The translations under genes and the position numbers were made by a program. A stretch of 64,000 nucleotides of DNA from Hamiltosporidium tvaerminnensis FI-OER-3-3 (taxonomy: Eukaryota; Fungi; Microsporidia): NCBI GenBank assembly GCA_022605425.2, contig JAKIMF020000004.1, positions 310,001-374,000 on the forward strand. Reading direction: 5' to 3'. Under the pieces are notes generated by a model. The model was not told the DNA's origin. It did no database searches and worked only from the letters and a program-made list of their open reading frames with translations. How positions within the stretch are numbered: the stretch's first letter is position 1; each line of letters opens with the position of its first letter. Positions 9,862-22,590 of this stretch are shown piece after piece.

Positions 9862-11754
9862 ATGAGAAAACAAGTAAAGAATATTTTAAAGTTACAGATG
9901 CTTCAAGAAATATTTAACAAAAACTTAAATATGACTTTAAAACTTCCACAAATAGCTGTAATAGGATCACAAAGTAGTGGAAAGAGTAGTGTATTAGACC
10001 AAATAATACAAAAAGATTTTCTTCCGAGAGGTACAGGTTTTATTACAAAATGTCCTATAATTATAAATATGCGTTATTGTAATTCAAATGTAGAATATGC
10101 CGAATTCTCACATATTTTAGATAAAAAATTTACAGATTTTATTTTGGTTAAAAATGAAATTCTTAATAGAATGATGGTTTTAACCAAAAAAGCATTCATA
10201 GTTTCTAAAGAACCAATAATTATAAACTATTATTCAAAAAATACTTTTGATTTGACTCTTGTTGATCTTCCTGGTTTGATAAAAGTTCCTTTGGATGGCC
10301 AGCCATCTGACATTGAAAAACAAGTCAAAGAAATTATTTTTGAGTATACAAAAGATGAATCTTCTTTACTTCTTTGTATTATTTGTGCAAATATGGATTT
10401 AGCAAATAGTGAATCATTAAATATTTGTAAAAAAATTGATCCCGAAGGAAAAAGAACTTTAGGTGTTCTTACAAAGATTGATTTAATGGATTTGGAAACA
10501 GACTGTACAGCTATTTTAAAAAATAAAAATAATACACTTTTACATGGGTATATTGGTGTTATAAATAGGGGGCAAAGTGACCTGAATAGTTCATTAACTT
10601 TGGTAGAAGCGAAAAAAAAAGAAAATGATTTCTTTAAAAATCATACAAAATATAAATGTTTTTATCCAAAGATTGGTTCAAAATTTTTGATAGCAAAATT
10701 AAATGAAATATTTCATACACTTTTAGTGGATAAAATACCTAAACTTAGAAAAATAATTGAGGATAAAATAAAAGATTTAGAAAGGGAATTAGACGAATTA
10801 GGGGAAAACGTGGATATAAATAATGATATGGTATTTACATCTGTATTACAATATTGTAAAATAGTAGAAGCATCTTTAAAAAACGAAGAGTATATTTCTG
10901 ATAAGAAATTTATGTTTTTTTCTAAAAACGAAGATGTTTTTGTTGTTCTGATCAAAAGTATATTTGAAAAACTAAAAAAAATGGAATTCGTGTTTTCTGG
11001 TAATTTAAAAGAAATAATTGATAATTCAAATACATTTTTTATTGATGAAAGTGTTTTTAAACATATTTTGAAGAATAGATTTAAGGAATTTAATGATGAA
11101 ATTAAAAAAAGTTGTAGTGAGATATTTAATATTGCAATTAGTAAAATAAATAGTGTTGAAAATTATAGATTCGTGAATTTAGCTATTGAATTCAATAAAA
11201 TAACTTCTGATTTTCTGAATCTTCAGTATTTGAGATTGATGGAAACAATTCAAAATTATTCAGAAATTCAAATGTCTTATTTCAATTATAATCATCCAGA
11301 TTTTTCGAAAGTTGCTATTTTTTCAAATGTTATTCAAAAAATTGTTAGAAAGAAGAAAAATACGGCGCTTTCATTGAAATTTGACCCTTGGAATTCATTA
11401 TTTGGATCTAAAAATGCAGAAAATATTTCAAACGAAAATATTTATTGCGATGAAAGTTTTGAATACGAATTGGTATCAAAAGCAACAGATTCATATTTTA
11501 CAATCATTAAAAAATCAATGATAGATTTTTCAATCAAATCATGCTACTTTTATTTTGTAGAATCGGTAATTACAAAATTGTATGCTGAAATTTGTAAAAA
11601 GATTGATTTATTAGAGAAAAATATTTTTATAGAATCTATAGATGTGATAAATAGAAGGAAACAAATTAAAAACGAACTTACCCACCTTAAAAAAGCATAT
11701 TTAGTCTTTGATAAAGATTTAAAGTCTGAAAGCGAAAGTTTTTGTTCAGAATGA
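9862..11754 (+). CDS. Dynamin-related GTPase (Vps1/Dnm1-like)
   Basis: G1 GSQSSGKSS, LPRGTG.ITKCP, G3 DLPG, G4 TKID, middle domain NYNHPDF and C-terminal GED helix. CCC at 9852-9854. Confidence 0.95.
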   Translation: MRKQVKNILKLQMLQEIFNKNLNMTLKLPQIAVIGSQSSGKSSVLDQIIQKDFLPRGTGFITKCPIIINMRYCNSNVEYAEFSHILDKKFTDFILVKNEILNRMMVLTKKAFIVSKEPIIINYYSKNTFDLTLVDLPGLIKVPLDGQPSDIEKQVKEIIFEYTKDESSLLLCIICANMDLANSESLNICKKIDPEGKRTLGVLTKIDLMDLETDCTAILKNKNNTLLHGYIGVINRGQSDLNSSLTLVEAKKKENDFFKNHTKYKCFYPKIGSKFLIAKLNEIFHTLLVDKIPKLRKIIEDKIKDLERELDELGENVDINNDMVFTSVLQYCKIVEASLKNEEYISDKKFMFFSKNEDVFVVLIKSIFEKLKKMEFVFSGNLKEIIDNSNTFFIDESVFKHILKNRFKEFNDEIKKSCSEIFNIAISKINSVENYRFVNLAIEFNKITSDFLNLQYLRLMETIQNYSEIQMSYFNYNHPDFSKVAIFSNVIQKIVRKKKNTALSLKFDPWNSLFGSKNAENISNENIYCDESFEYELVSKATDSYFTIIKKSMIDFSIKSCYFYFVESVITKLYAEICKKIDLLEKNIFIESIDVINRRKQIKNELTHLKKAYLVFDKDLKSESESFCSE

Positions 11755-12064
11755 ACTATTATTGCTATTTATAGGTTTTTATCTTTGCATATTATTTATA
11801 GTACGAAGAAGCATTGATTTTAATGATAGAAATGCAATGATGATTGTTTTTATGTAATTAAATCATTGTTATTATAAATTCATATTTTGTCGCGTTTTCC
11901 ATTTCGATTTTTCCACTATAAATCATTATATTTCTTTAAATTTAAGATAATATCAAAGGCTTGAATTCAAATTTATTTTCAATTAAAATTAACACAGTTA
12001 TCGATTCGTCAAATTTGGTAATCGTAACGGGTTTTATTATCAGTCTGTTTTATATTGTAAAGAT

Positions 12065-13035
12065 TTTTCTTTGAAATATACCACACCTTATTACGCAAGA
12101 ACCCCTGGCTTTATATCGTTTTAATGGCATTAACACAATTCTAGGTTTAACACAGATAACTATTCTCCAATACTTCATCTATATTCTCTACCAGATCTTC
12201 ATACCAAAGTATTTAGTCTAAATCGGTTGTAGAACTAATTTTATAGGCGTGAAGTTGATCGATTCTCATGTAAACCCATTAGGTGATGTCTAATCGCAGG
12301 TCAAAACTCACTTTAAACTTTCCCAAACTAGCAGATTTCCACATACTTCACACTCTCCGAATCTAATAAACTTTTTGATAAAATATATATCGAGGAAACA
12401 CATGAGGTTAACTTAGACGTCAATGTCATACCAACAGTTATAACTAGCATGCTACTCTGCGTTTCCGGCTCTTAGGAGTTTATTTTTGTATCACCACGCG
12501 CTATCTTCCCGCTATTCCGGGGCATAATTGGCTTGAAGCATTCTCTGCTTGTCGTTAGAAGCGACTAGAAGGGACTGATTCTCCATGCTGGGATTGTGAG
12601 TAGGGCTAACAACTCATCTTTTAAAACCACCTTGTTACGAAACCCGAAAAAGTAAACAAACCAACCGGAAAAGGACAAGTGGGCGGTATTAATAAGAGAG
12701 GCTAAGGCTTGTACAGAGAGGTGGTGCCAAAGATTAATTAATTAATCCCCGGGCGTAAGTTTTCAAATTCGAGTAAACAAAACAGGCTTCTTCTGTTGAA
12801 TAGAAAATACCTACAAGTTGAATCGCGGTTCAAAAATAAATACATAAAAAATTACAAAATAGATTCGTAGAAATTTTTACGCTATTTTATAGACTTTCTT
12901 CTTCTTTTAAAAATTTTCTAGAAAGCAAGCGAAATTTTGATATATTATTCTTACCAAAAATTCAAAAAATGCCTTCCATGCCTATTTCACATACTAATTG
13001 CAAATAAAATGGTTTTTTATGCATTTATACTACTT
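12065..13035 (-). repeat. ~720-bp structured dispersed repeat, decayed copy F, interrupted by SINE S2
   Basis: Collinear with copy C (cattaacac..ctaggtttaaca, gtagaacta, ctaataaactt, caatgtcataccaacag). The match resumes after 12745 (gattcgtagaaa, accaaaaattcaaa, tttcacatact). Confidence 0.7.
12505..12745 (+). mobile_element. Bipartite RTE-derived SINE-like element, copy S2
   Basis: ttctctgcttgtcgttagaagcgactagaaggg...gtagggctaacaac...ttgttacgaaacccg...gaggctaaggct with an (ATTA)n tail. Flanked by a decayed duplication, atcaccacgcgcta / atccccgggcgta. Confidence 0.75.
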
Positions 13036-13704
13036 TAAATTCCTCGGATGAAATATTTTAGGCGAAATAATATTTCTAGAATTATTTAGTTTAATAGCAA
13101 ATTAATGCACCTAAGATTATTCTATCGAATAAAAGAACTAAACTTTTATAAAACAAATGAATTAGCAAAACTTATATAATTTTACAGTATAGACTTTTTT
13201 AAGTTTTAAATTATCTAAATTAAATACAAATTTTATAGCAAATTTCATTAAATGTAATTCAATTTGGAAGTAAAAATATAAATTTCGACAAATTTATTTG
13301 TTTTTATAAACTAAAATTGTCTATTTAAAATATTTCATTTGTTTTTTTGTTTAGATACTCATGTTGCTAGTAATATTGCTGATTATACTCTTATTTTATA
13401 TGTTACATTTATGATGGTCTAATTGTCATTTGGAAGATAAAGAATTCAATTATTAAAACGAAGTTTCTTTTACACTTATTTATACATTTAATTTTATTTT
13501 AGTATCGTTATATACCAAGCTTTTACTTCTTAAAGAACGGAAAAAACAATTATAATTGTGTATTCTTATGTTTTTTTGGGATTTATTATATGTTCTTGGA
13601 AGTAAATATTTTTAAACAATCGTAGTAATTCTATTTCTTTTTTCTTTCTAAAAACCATTCGATAATAATTCGGTAAAAAAAATATATTTTTGAATATTCC
13701 CTGT

Positions 13705-14436
13705 AAAACTTTATTTAAAAGTATCACAGCTTTTTAAAAACAGCAGCAGGTGTTATATTTGTCTTCAGGACATTAACGTAGTCCTAAGTTTAACATAAAT
13801 AACTGCTAATCTAACTATTTATCAGTACTCCTTGTGATACCTACGTCAAAAAACCTTTCATCTACCAGGTGTGTAGAACCTAATTAATAGGCGAAGTAGT
13901 TGCCCGGACTTCGTTAATGTCTGTTGCATAGAGTGTGACAGAAAGCCGAAGCCCCCGGGGATACCCTAAGACTATACAGCATTACTGAAACTAAACACTT
14001 TACGAACCTAATAAACTTCTAGCTAAGATAAATTTCAGAGACTTACACAAGGCCTACTTAGACAGTGCAATATCATAGCAACAGGTATAACTTTCCATCT
14101 AGCTCTTCCCGGCTTTAAATCGGTTTAATTTTTATATCTAACAAGCACTAAGTCTTCTAACCAGAGTGAGTAAAGCTAAGCTCCAATGCTTTTACATGGC
14201 AATTATCAACTAGTTCAGCTGCGGTTTGCAATCTGGTTACATAAAAAACTACAAATAAATTCGTAGAAAAAGTTTAGTTATTTCGCAGACCTCTTCTCCT
14301 CATAACTACTAAATGGAATAACCGAAGATGTAGCGTGGTTTTATTCCCACCAAAAATCCAAACAATGGTTTAGAACGCCAGTTTCACACACTCATTGCCA
14401 AACAGATAGTTTTTTTGTGGTTATCCTCTCTTCACA
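13705..14436 (-). repeat. ~720-bp structured dispersed repeat, copy C (well preserved)
   Basis: Reverse complement aligns end to end with 51973-52702; on the minus strand it begins TGTGAAGAGAGGATAACCAC and ends GTGATACTTTTAAATAAAG. Confidence 0.9.
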
Positions 14437-14469
14437 TATACAAAGAAAAACTGGTATTTGCAAAAATAA

Positions 14470-14630
14470 TATAAGAATTTAAAAATTTTGACTTTTCTGC
14501 AAAAAAACAGAAAATAATTTAAAAAAATTAAAAAAAATGTAAAAAGATCATAGAAGAATTTAAAATTATGACTCGTTTTTAAAAAAATAAAAGAATAATT
14601 TAAACAAATTAAAAAGGAAGTAAAAAAATT
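14470..14630. repeat. Imperfect ~80-bp tandem duplication upstream of the HECT gene
   Basis: agaatttaaaa(a)tt(t/a)tgact...aataatttaaa.aaattaaaaa occurs twice. Confidence 0.6.
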
Positions 14631-14824
14631 CTACCATATGTATAAATAAAAGTGGTAAACATTAATATCTTAATTACTATTTTGTTTATGATTAGATTGA
14701 TATTTTTTTAATAAATTTATATTTTAGAATATAATAATATTTTATTGTTGTTTAAAAGGATTTAATTTTTGAATATTTTTATATTTAAAACATTATTGTT
14801 GGGTTTAAAAATATAAATTTATAA

Positions 14825-16645
14825 ATGGGCATAAACAAAGAAGGAATGTTTTTAATATTGGAAAAAACTAAATTGAAGAAAGATGGTTGGTTTTCATTTT
14901 TATTTAATTACAAATTTCAAATGATAATTAATCATTCAAATAAAATAGAATCTATACCTTTGAAAGCGAAGGAGGCTCATATAGGCTATATTATAAAGAC
15001 ATCTGAGAATAAACTAAAAATTACGATTAAAATGGAAAACAAAATATCAGAGACATATGATGTAAATGTCACGGATGGTCATATTATTTTGAATATAAAA
15101 AATGAGTATTTTTATGGGACAATTCATTTTTTTGGAACGAAAAAATCTATTTTTAGTGAGCTTGAAAACCAAATGAATTTGGCTTCAAATAACATAAATG
15201 ATCCTTTTGTTGAACAGAAAACGATGAAAACTGATAGAATTTATTCTTTACAGCTTTATAATGGAAAGGTTTATTTTGTTGATTCTTTAAATTATAAAAC
15301 ATTTTGGTCATTTACAAATGAATTTGTGGATACTACATTACCACCGGGTTGGGAAAAGAAATTTATGAAAAAAGGAAGAGCTTACTATATCAATCACAAC
15401 AATAGAACAACTTCATGGGTACATCCGGTATCAGAACAGGCAATTACAAAAATTGAGAATAAATTACATCGATACTATTTTGCAACAAGAAAAACCGATA
15501 TGTTTTTTTCGTTGAATATTTACAGACTTTTTATACGAGCCAAACGAGGATTTTTGATTCAATCAACTGCAAGTACTTTGGTAAATGCACGCATTGGTGA
15601 TTTAATGAAGAATATTTATATCGAATTTATTGATGAAATAGGTGAAGATTATGGTGCACTTTTGAAAGAATATTTTTATAAAACTAGTTTTGAAATAGCT
15701 CAAGATTTCAGAATGCAGGAAACAGAAGATATTTTTGATGTAAAACCTATGACTGAACAAAATTATAGAAATGATGCTTATATTGCACCAGTCGAAATAG
15801 AAAATCAAAGGAGGTTGTGTGTAGAATACGATGCTGATGATATTGACAGTCCTTTTTTTCAAGATTCGGAAAATAAAGGAATGAATTATTTAGATGATGC
15901 AACGTTTTTTACATTCGTAGGAATTTTTTTGGCACTTGCAATCGAACACGAACAAAATATTGGAATAAATTTTTCTTTGGCGTTTTATGAAAATTTTTTG
16001 CGAAAAAAATTTGAATTATCGCACGTACAGGACACACAGGTTCAGTCTTCATTGGCTTGGCTTTTAAAAAATGATTATGATTTATATGAAGATGTTGGTA
16101 GAGAAGACATCAATTCTTTAGGAAAAAATACAGCTGTTTGTAGAGAAAGAAAGGATTATATTCTTACCTTGGTTTATGAAAATTTATACGAATCTAAAGC
16201 TTTGGCTTATGAACATATCAGAAATGGATTTTATTACGTTGCTCCCCCTGATTTTGAGGATATTTTTAATTGTTATGATTTAGTTCATATTTTACATGGA
16301 AATGAATCTGTTACTTCTATTCTTATTAAACAAAATCTTGTTTTTATGAATTGTGATGAAAATACAAAAGAAATTGTTTTTCTTCTACAAATTTTAGATG
16401 AAAAAAACGAGGAATATCTAAGAAACTTCTTATGTTTTGTGACAGGATCTGGAACGATTCTTTTTAATGCGATAAAAACTGGGAAGTTTGCAATATATAT
16501 TGAACAATCAAAGGAAGAAGGATCGTTAGTTCGGGCATCTTCATGTATAAATAGACTTTATATTGGACAATACAATTCGAAAAAGGAATTTGAACAAATT
16601 TTGGATTTCTGTTTGTATAATACAGAAGGTTTTCATAAAGTTTAA
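14825..16645 (+). CDS. Nedd4/Rsp5-like WW-HECT E3 ubiquitin ligase
   Basis: WW domain LPPGWEKKFMKKGRAYYINHNNRTTSWVHP; HECT motifs EFIDEIGEDYGALLKEYF, FLCFVTGS, catalytic Cys in RASSCINRL, C-terminal TEGF. GGG motif at 14801-14803. Confidence 0.93.
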   Translation: MGINKEGMFLILEKTKLKKDGWFSFLFNYKFQMIINHSNKIESIPLKAKEAHIGYIIKTSENKLKITIKMENKISETYDVNVTDGHIILNIKNEYFYGTIHFFGTKKSIFSELENQMNLASNNINDPFVEQKTMKTDRIYSLQLYNGKVYFVDSLNYKTFWSFTNEFVDTTLPPGWEKKFMKKGRAYYINHNNRTTSWVHPVSEQAITKIENKLHRYYFATRKTDMFFSLNIYRLFIRAKRGFLIQSTASTLVNARIGDLMKNIYIEFIDEIGEDYGALLKEYFYKTSFEIAQDFRMQETEDIFDVKPMTEQNYRNDAYIAPVEIENQRRLCVEYDADDIDSPFFQDSENKGMNYLDDATFFTFVGIFLALAIEHEQNIGINFSLAFYENFLRKKFELSHVQDTQVQSSLAWLLKNDYDLYEDVGREDINSLGKNTAVCRERKDYILTLVYENLYESKALAYEHIRNGFYYVAPPDFEDIFNCYDLVHILHGNESVTSILIKQNLVFMNCDENTKEIVFLLQILDEKNEEYLRNFLCFVTGSGTILFNAIKTGKFAIYIEQSKEEGSLVRASSCINRLYIGQYNSKKEFEQILDFCLYNTEGFHKV

Positions 16646-16749
16646 ACATGAAAATTATTTCTGTAGCAGAAAACAGAATTGTATCAATAAAATCAGATAA
16701 TTTTAATTTTTCTTATGCTATTTATTTTTAAAATTAATTTAAACTTTTT

Positions 16750-19700
16750 CATATCCCCATAGCTAATTTGGGAAAACGGTAGACAATTCAGTATCTCAAT
16801 GTGAGAAAATGTAAGAACTTGGCTATATAAGAAGATATAATAAAGTAATTAGGTGCCTACATTTATTCTTTCTGACTATATATGAATTTTATCTTACAAA
16901 ACGAATTAAGTATCCTCAGATTAAGAATTTCCTTAAATAAGTATGGGGAGTTAAATTTTAAACCAAAATCCGAAAAGATTCATAATTCGAATTACAGACT
17001 CCTTAGATAATTTCAGAAAGAGAAATAATATGGTAACTTTGGCGTAACAAAAAATTACTTATGAGCCTTGTAAATAAAATTCAAAACGATCGAACTCAAG
17101 ATATACAAACTTTTGTCTAATGATTTTCTGGTTGCTATGAATTCATTATTTAATGATTTATGCTACCCTGGGCTATAAAATAATTCAAAAAAACAACTTG
17201 CATACTAAACTTTCGCCTGCCTATAAAACAAGAATAAATTGAGTAGTATATAAAAACCAGTCAAAAATAATATTTTTATTACACAAAAAGAATCTAAACC
17301 ACGCAAAATGCTACATGATCAAGAAAATACCCTATAATGATGAAATACATAAATCTTAAACAGACGAAAAACAACAATATAATATACATCAATGTTTCTA
17401 GGAAAAAGAACCAAGAACTAAGCAAAAATTAATTAGCTCTTGAGTCGAGATACCACTACCGAATTCAAAGCATTGAGTCAAAAAATAGAAAAACAAATCA
17501 AATATAAATAAAAAGTGTAAACAGGTAAAAAGTTGTAAGATAAAACAAGAAAAATAAATTTGAAATAATAAATTTAAATAAATTATTTTTAAGATCAATT
17601 AACAAAAAAGGCATTATTGAACCACAACTAAATATATTTTTTTCGCATTTTTGAATATTAGCCGAAAAATTCTTTCAATGTAGGGTTCAGAGTCTATTAG
17701 CTTTATTGTGCAATAAAATAATAGAATCCGAGTTCCTAATTTTTATAATTATTTAAATATAACTTTTAATACGATTAAACAAGTAGTTTATAATTTTTCC
17801 TTTTCATTATAAAGTATGTGATTGGAATATGAATCTTTCTATGAAATATTACAATGAGTATTGAAATATGAATAGTTGGAGAAGACTTTTTTTATTTTAT
17901 AAGTCTGATTTATAAAAAAAACAGAGTTTTTGGGAGCAGTAACAATCAAATATATTTCATATAAACGTCTAGTATTTATAAAATCTAGACTCTGATAAAC
18001 CGGGACGTATTGTGACAAGATAGCATAAGAAATGCATTAAAAGAGTACAAATAACTATGAACATAGAGAGTCATATCCGATACACAGTACGTAAGAAGAT
18101 AATTGAAACATTTTCTTTTGACCGAAGAAGAGAACTTGGGTTGAAACCAAATCCAAAAGAGAGCTTGTAATGAAAGCCATTATGTGATATAAAAGAGCAG
18201 AAATGCACGAAGAACCACATCCCTTCTAAAACAAGCTACTGTCGCGGCAAATGCTGCTAAACATTTTAAAACAAGGATTAATACACTTTATATTTCAGAA
18301 AAGGAACGACAATAAAAAGGCAGATATTAAACTGAATGAAGAGTAGTTTTTAAGGGGACAATGGATGAGGGGTAATAGGTGTAGAAAAAGTATAAAAGGC
18401 GGAAAATTTGTAACCCAAAATTTTATTAAATAAAATATCTAGAAAATATTTATACCATTTATTTTACAGTCACATGTCTTATAGTCAATATGTTTAAAAG
18501 AAAAGCATTTAGCAACATTTTAGAAATTTATTTGAGGAAACTTAACCAGAACACATAAAAAAGTGGTTAGACGCCTAACTTAATCATCTGAATATATACG
18601 AATAAAAGACTAAAAAACGAATTAGAACTCACCTAGACTTAGCTTGCAAATTTTCTGAAAAGAGTACGTGAAAATAATGTTCACACCAAAATCAAAGAAG
18701 AAATCCAAATCCAAAATTATAGACTTCTTCGATAATTTCAGAAAGAGCAATAATATGGTAACACCAATATAACAAAAAATTACTTATGAGCATTGTTCAA
18801 AAAATTCGAAACGATCTCCCCAAAAGATACGACTTTTTGCCTAATGAGTTACTGGTTATTACGGATTCATTGTTTAATGATTATATGACAATCTCGGCTT
18901 TAATATAATCAAAAAATACAAACTACTATACTAAATCTTCGTCTGCCTATAAAAAAACAATAAATTGAGTAGAAGTATACTAAAGCCATTCAAAAAATAC
19001 ATTTTTATTGCACAAAAAGAATATAGACCAACTCGAATGCTACCTAGAGTAAAAGTAACATATAATAATGAAATATATGAACCTAAACAAGATTAGCAAC
19101 ATAGAATATAATATACATCAATATTTCTAAGAAAAAAGAGCTAAGAAATAAAACAACAAAATTAATTAGCTCTTGAGTCGAGATACCACTACCGAACTCA
19201 AAGCATTGAGTCAAAAACTAGAAAACAAATCAAATATAAATAAAAAGTGTAAAACAGGTAAAAAGGTGGAAAATAAAACAAGAAAAATAAATTCGAAATA
19301 AATTATTTTTAAGATCAATTAACAAAAATGGTATATATAAACCACAAATAAATATTTTTTTTTCTCATTTTTGAATATTTTTCCCGAAAATCTCTTGCCA
19401 ATGGAGGACTGGGTGTCTAGTTAGGTTTATATACCGAACTTAAGCAACCTATCCGCCATTTTTTGAAATATTTAAAAGCAAAGTAAACATAACATTTAGC
19501 ATCCATAAAAAGAAGTTTTTTTTGTATAGATTTAGTTATTTTGTAAAAATTTTCATTCAAATATTCTAATCCGATTGAGTCAAAAATATTTTATCGCCCA
19601 CTTTTTTTGCTTTAGTAACTCTTTTTATAATAAAAAAATTTTGACTCTGAATCAAAAAAGACATCCCATGTGTTGCATTAAGCATGTAGTGTTGATATAA

Positions 19701-22590
19701 TTCCTTGCTGATGATCCGGTCTTGGATTCTTACACTATACGACAATAAATACCACAAAAGACTGCTAATTCTTATGAATTTAGAGATATATTTTCAGTCA
19801 GGAGTACACAAGAAAGCAGTCAAAACAATATTTATACACAAACAGGTGTCAAACCAGAAATTAAATACAAAAAAAAACTGGTAAAGAGTATCAAGGTGTG
19901 TTATTAAAAGAACATAGATACATTGCGAGCCCGAGACATTATTTAAAACAAGCAAGTAACAAGGAAGATGCTTAAAAAAATGTAAACCTAAAAATATACT
20001 CACCATTACAGATAGAGGAATCACACGAGGGGAATCGATAATAGCTATAAAAAAGGAGTTCGGATATGGAAGAGAAAAATACCGAGGGGAAAGAGGTAAA
20101 AGAAAATCTATAAAAGTTTTAAATTTATTTACACTTTTAGTTATTTAGCCATATGGTCGATATACTAAAATAATAGAGCAGGTTTCAACTTTTATGAAAA
20201 ATTCTCTGACCAGCTTAACAGGAAGCATAATAAAAGAGTCAATAAGTACACTTAGTTTTTTTGAATTTATGAAAGTTTAAGTTGACAAAAAGAATTAGCT
20301 ACGCTCAGATTAAGAAATTCTTGAAAACGAGTATGCGGAAATAATATTTTAAAAAGAACCATAAAAAATGTCAAAATCCCTGATTATAGACTTCATATAT
20401 CATTTCAGACAAGATTAAGAAATATATAACTTCAAACGAACCAGTAATTGTTTATGAGCCTTGTTTTAAATTTTTGAAACGATCAAACCAATAAGATACG
20501 AATTTTTGATCAATGAGTTTAGGGATGGTATAAAGTTAGTAGTGTAATTATAACCTGCTATAATATAATCCAAAGATAAAAAAGCGCCTGATAAAGCTTC
20601 AAATCCGCTATAAATGGATGAAATCTTGAGATAAAAAGTGCACAAAAACTCGGTCAAAATAATATTATCATTTAAAAAATAGGATATAGACTAAGGCAAA
20701 TGTTACTTAAATCAAAGAAGCTCATACATAGGTGTAAATATTTAGAACAGAAACGCACGAAAAACATAGAATATAATATACATCAATACATTAAGAAGAA
20801 GGGATTGAAGAATCAAATAATAAAATTAAAGAACTTCAACATGTTGATAAAATTACTGAACGCAAAATATGACTCCAAAATATAGAAAAACAATCAAACA
20901 TAAAGGAAACTATAAAACAACTAAAAATAGACGAATTAAGCAAAAAATCATAATTTAACTGCAATATCTTATATGAATTTTATTTTTTTTCAGTTAACAA
21001 CTGCGGTTTGATTATAAACCACAATAAATATATTTTTTTTCTGAATTTTTAAAAACTTAACATAAAAATTCTTTTATTGTAGAGAGAAGAGAACACGTTA
21101 TGGAACCAAGTTGATAGTGCATAAAGTGCTTTCTATCTCTACATTTTATAAATATTTTAAACCAAGTAAATGTAATATTAGGTCATTTAAAAATTAAGCT
21201 CTATTTTTGTAATTGTCTTTATATATTATGTGAAAGAAAAATATGTGGAGGAAAAATAACCACATAAAAATTTTTCTGCTTGGCGATGAGTGTGTGAAAC
21301 TGGTGTTTGATCAATTTTGGGATTTTTGGTGGGAATAAAACCACACTACATCTTTGGTTGTTCCATGGGAGTTGTTATGAGGAGGGGAGGTCTAAGAGAT
21401 GGAGAAACTTTTCCTACGAATTTATTTGTAGTTTTTTACGTAATATGATTGCAGACCGCAGCTAGACATGTAGGTAATTTCCAAGTAAAAGCATGAGAGA
21501 TTAGCCTTACTCACTCTGACTAGAAGACTACAGCCTGGGAGAAAAAAACATTCAACCATTTAAATCCAGGAAAGCTAAGTAGCAGGTTATACCTGTTGGT
21601 ATTACATTGCAATGTCTAGGTGGACCCATGTAAATCTCTGAAATATATCTTAGCTAGAAGTTTATTGGGTTCAGAAAGTGTAGAGTAAGTGGGAATGCTG
21701 CATAGTCTTGGGGAAGCCCAGAGGGGGCTTCGGTCTTCAATCAAACTCCATGCAACAGACATTAACGAACTCCGGGCAACTACCTCCCCTATTTATTAGG
21801 GTCTACACAACTGATAGATGAAATGCTTTGGGATGTAGCTATCGTGTGTTACAAATGGAGTATTGGGGTAGGAGTTATTTATGTTAACCCTAAAACTGCG
21901 TTAATGTCATGAAAATGAATATAACACTTGCCCCTACTTTAAAACGATGTGATTCTTTTAAATAAGTTTTTTTTATAAATTTGATGGGAATATTATGATG
22001 AGTATTGAAATAAGAATAGTTGGTGAATATTGTTTTTTATTTTATAGGTCTGATAAATAAAAAATTAAGTTTTTTAAAGAATAAAAATCAAATATTTTTC
22101 AAATAAACGTGTAGTATTTATACGATCTAGAATCTAATAACCGAGACGTATTGTGACAAGATAACATAAGAAATACTTTAAAGACCTAAAGATAACTATG
22201 AAAATAGAGAGACATATCCAATATGCAATACTTAAGAAGATAATTGAACCATTTTCTTTTGATCGAAGAAGAGAACAAGGGTTGGAACCAAATCCCGAAG
22301 AAAGCTGACTATAAGAGTCAGTGTGTGATATAAAAGAGCCGATATGCATGAAGAACCAACACCTTCTTTAAAACAAGCAAGTATTGATGATTATTGTGTT
22401 ACACATCTTAAAACTAAAGATAATACACCACATATTCTGATAGAGGAACCGCAATAGAGGCCCCGATAAAAAAAAAATAACAGAAGCGTCTTATTTAGAA
22501 GAAGGAAGTATAGTAGTTAAATTAGTAGAAGAAAATGTATAAATGAGTTAGAATGTTTTAACATAGAGTTTAATTAAATAAAAATTGTTG
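16750..22590 (+). repeat. Three tandem ~1.7-kb units, each an old RLE-LINE relic plus spacer plus a second RLE-LINE 3' fragment
   Basis: Units at about 16750-18440, 18470-20130 and 20150-22590 (the last contains the 730-bp repeat B). Each starts with decayed GKTVDH..CEKM..Y.RR.N.V.RCLHL coding sequence and shares an aaccacaa.taaata end. 17850-18435 aligns with 21995-22583. Confidence 0.7.
21244..21970 (+). repeat. ~720-bp structured dispersed repeat, copy B
   Basis: Begins TGTGGAGGAAAAATAACCAC, ends GTGATTCTTTTAAATAAG. Absent at the paralogous position in tandem unit 1 (about 17815-17845), so it is an insertion. Confidence 0.9.

Noticed and set aside
13745-13780. CTGAAGA in copy C and CTGATAGATGAAA in copy B as hammerhead ribozyme cores
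   Set aside because: No properly placed stem II-GAAA-stem III, and the motifs are not conserved among copies.
21378-21462. GGGAGGTCT...TAACCAGATTGCAGACC resembling RNase P CR-I/CR-V
   Set aside because: Only about 50 nt lie between the strands, leaving no room for the S-domain or P2; a simple stem-loop explains it.
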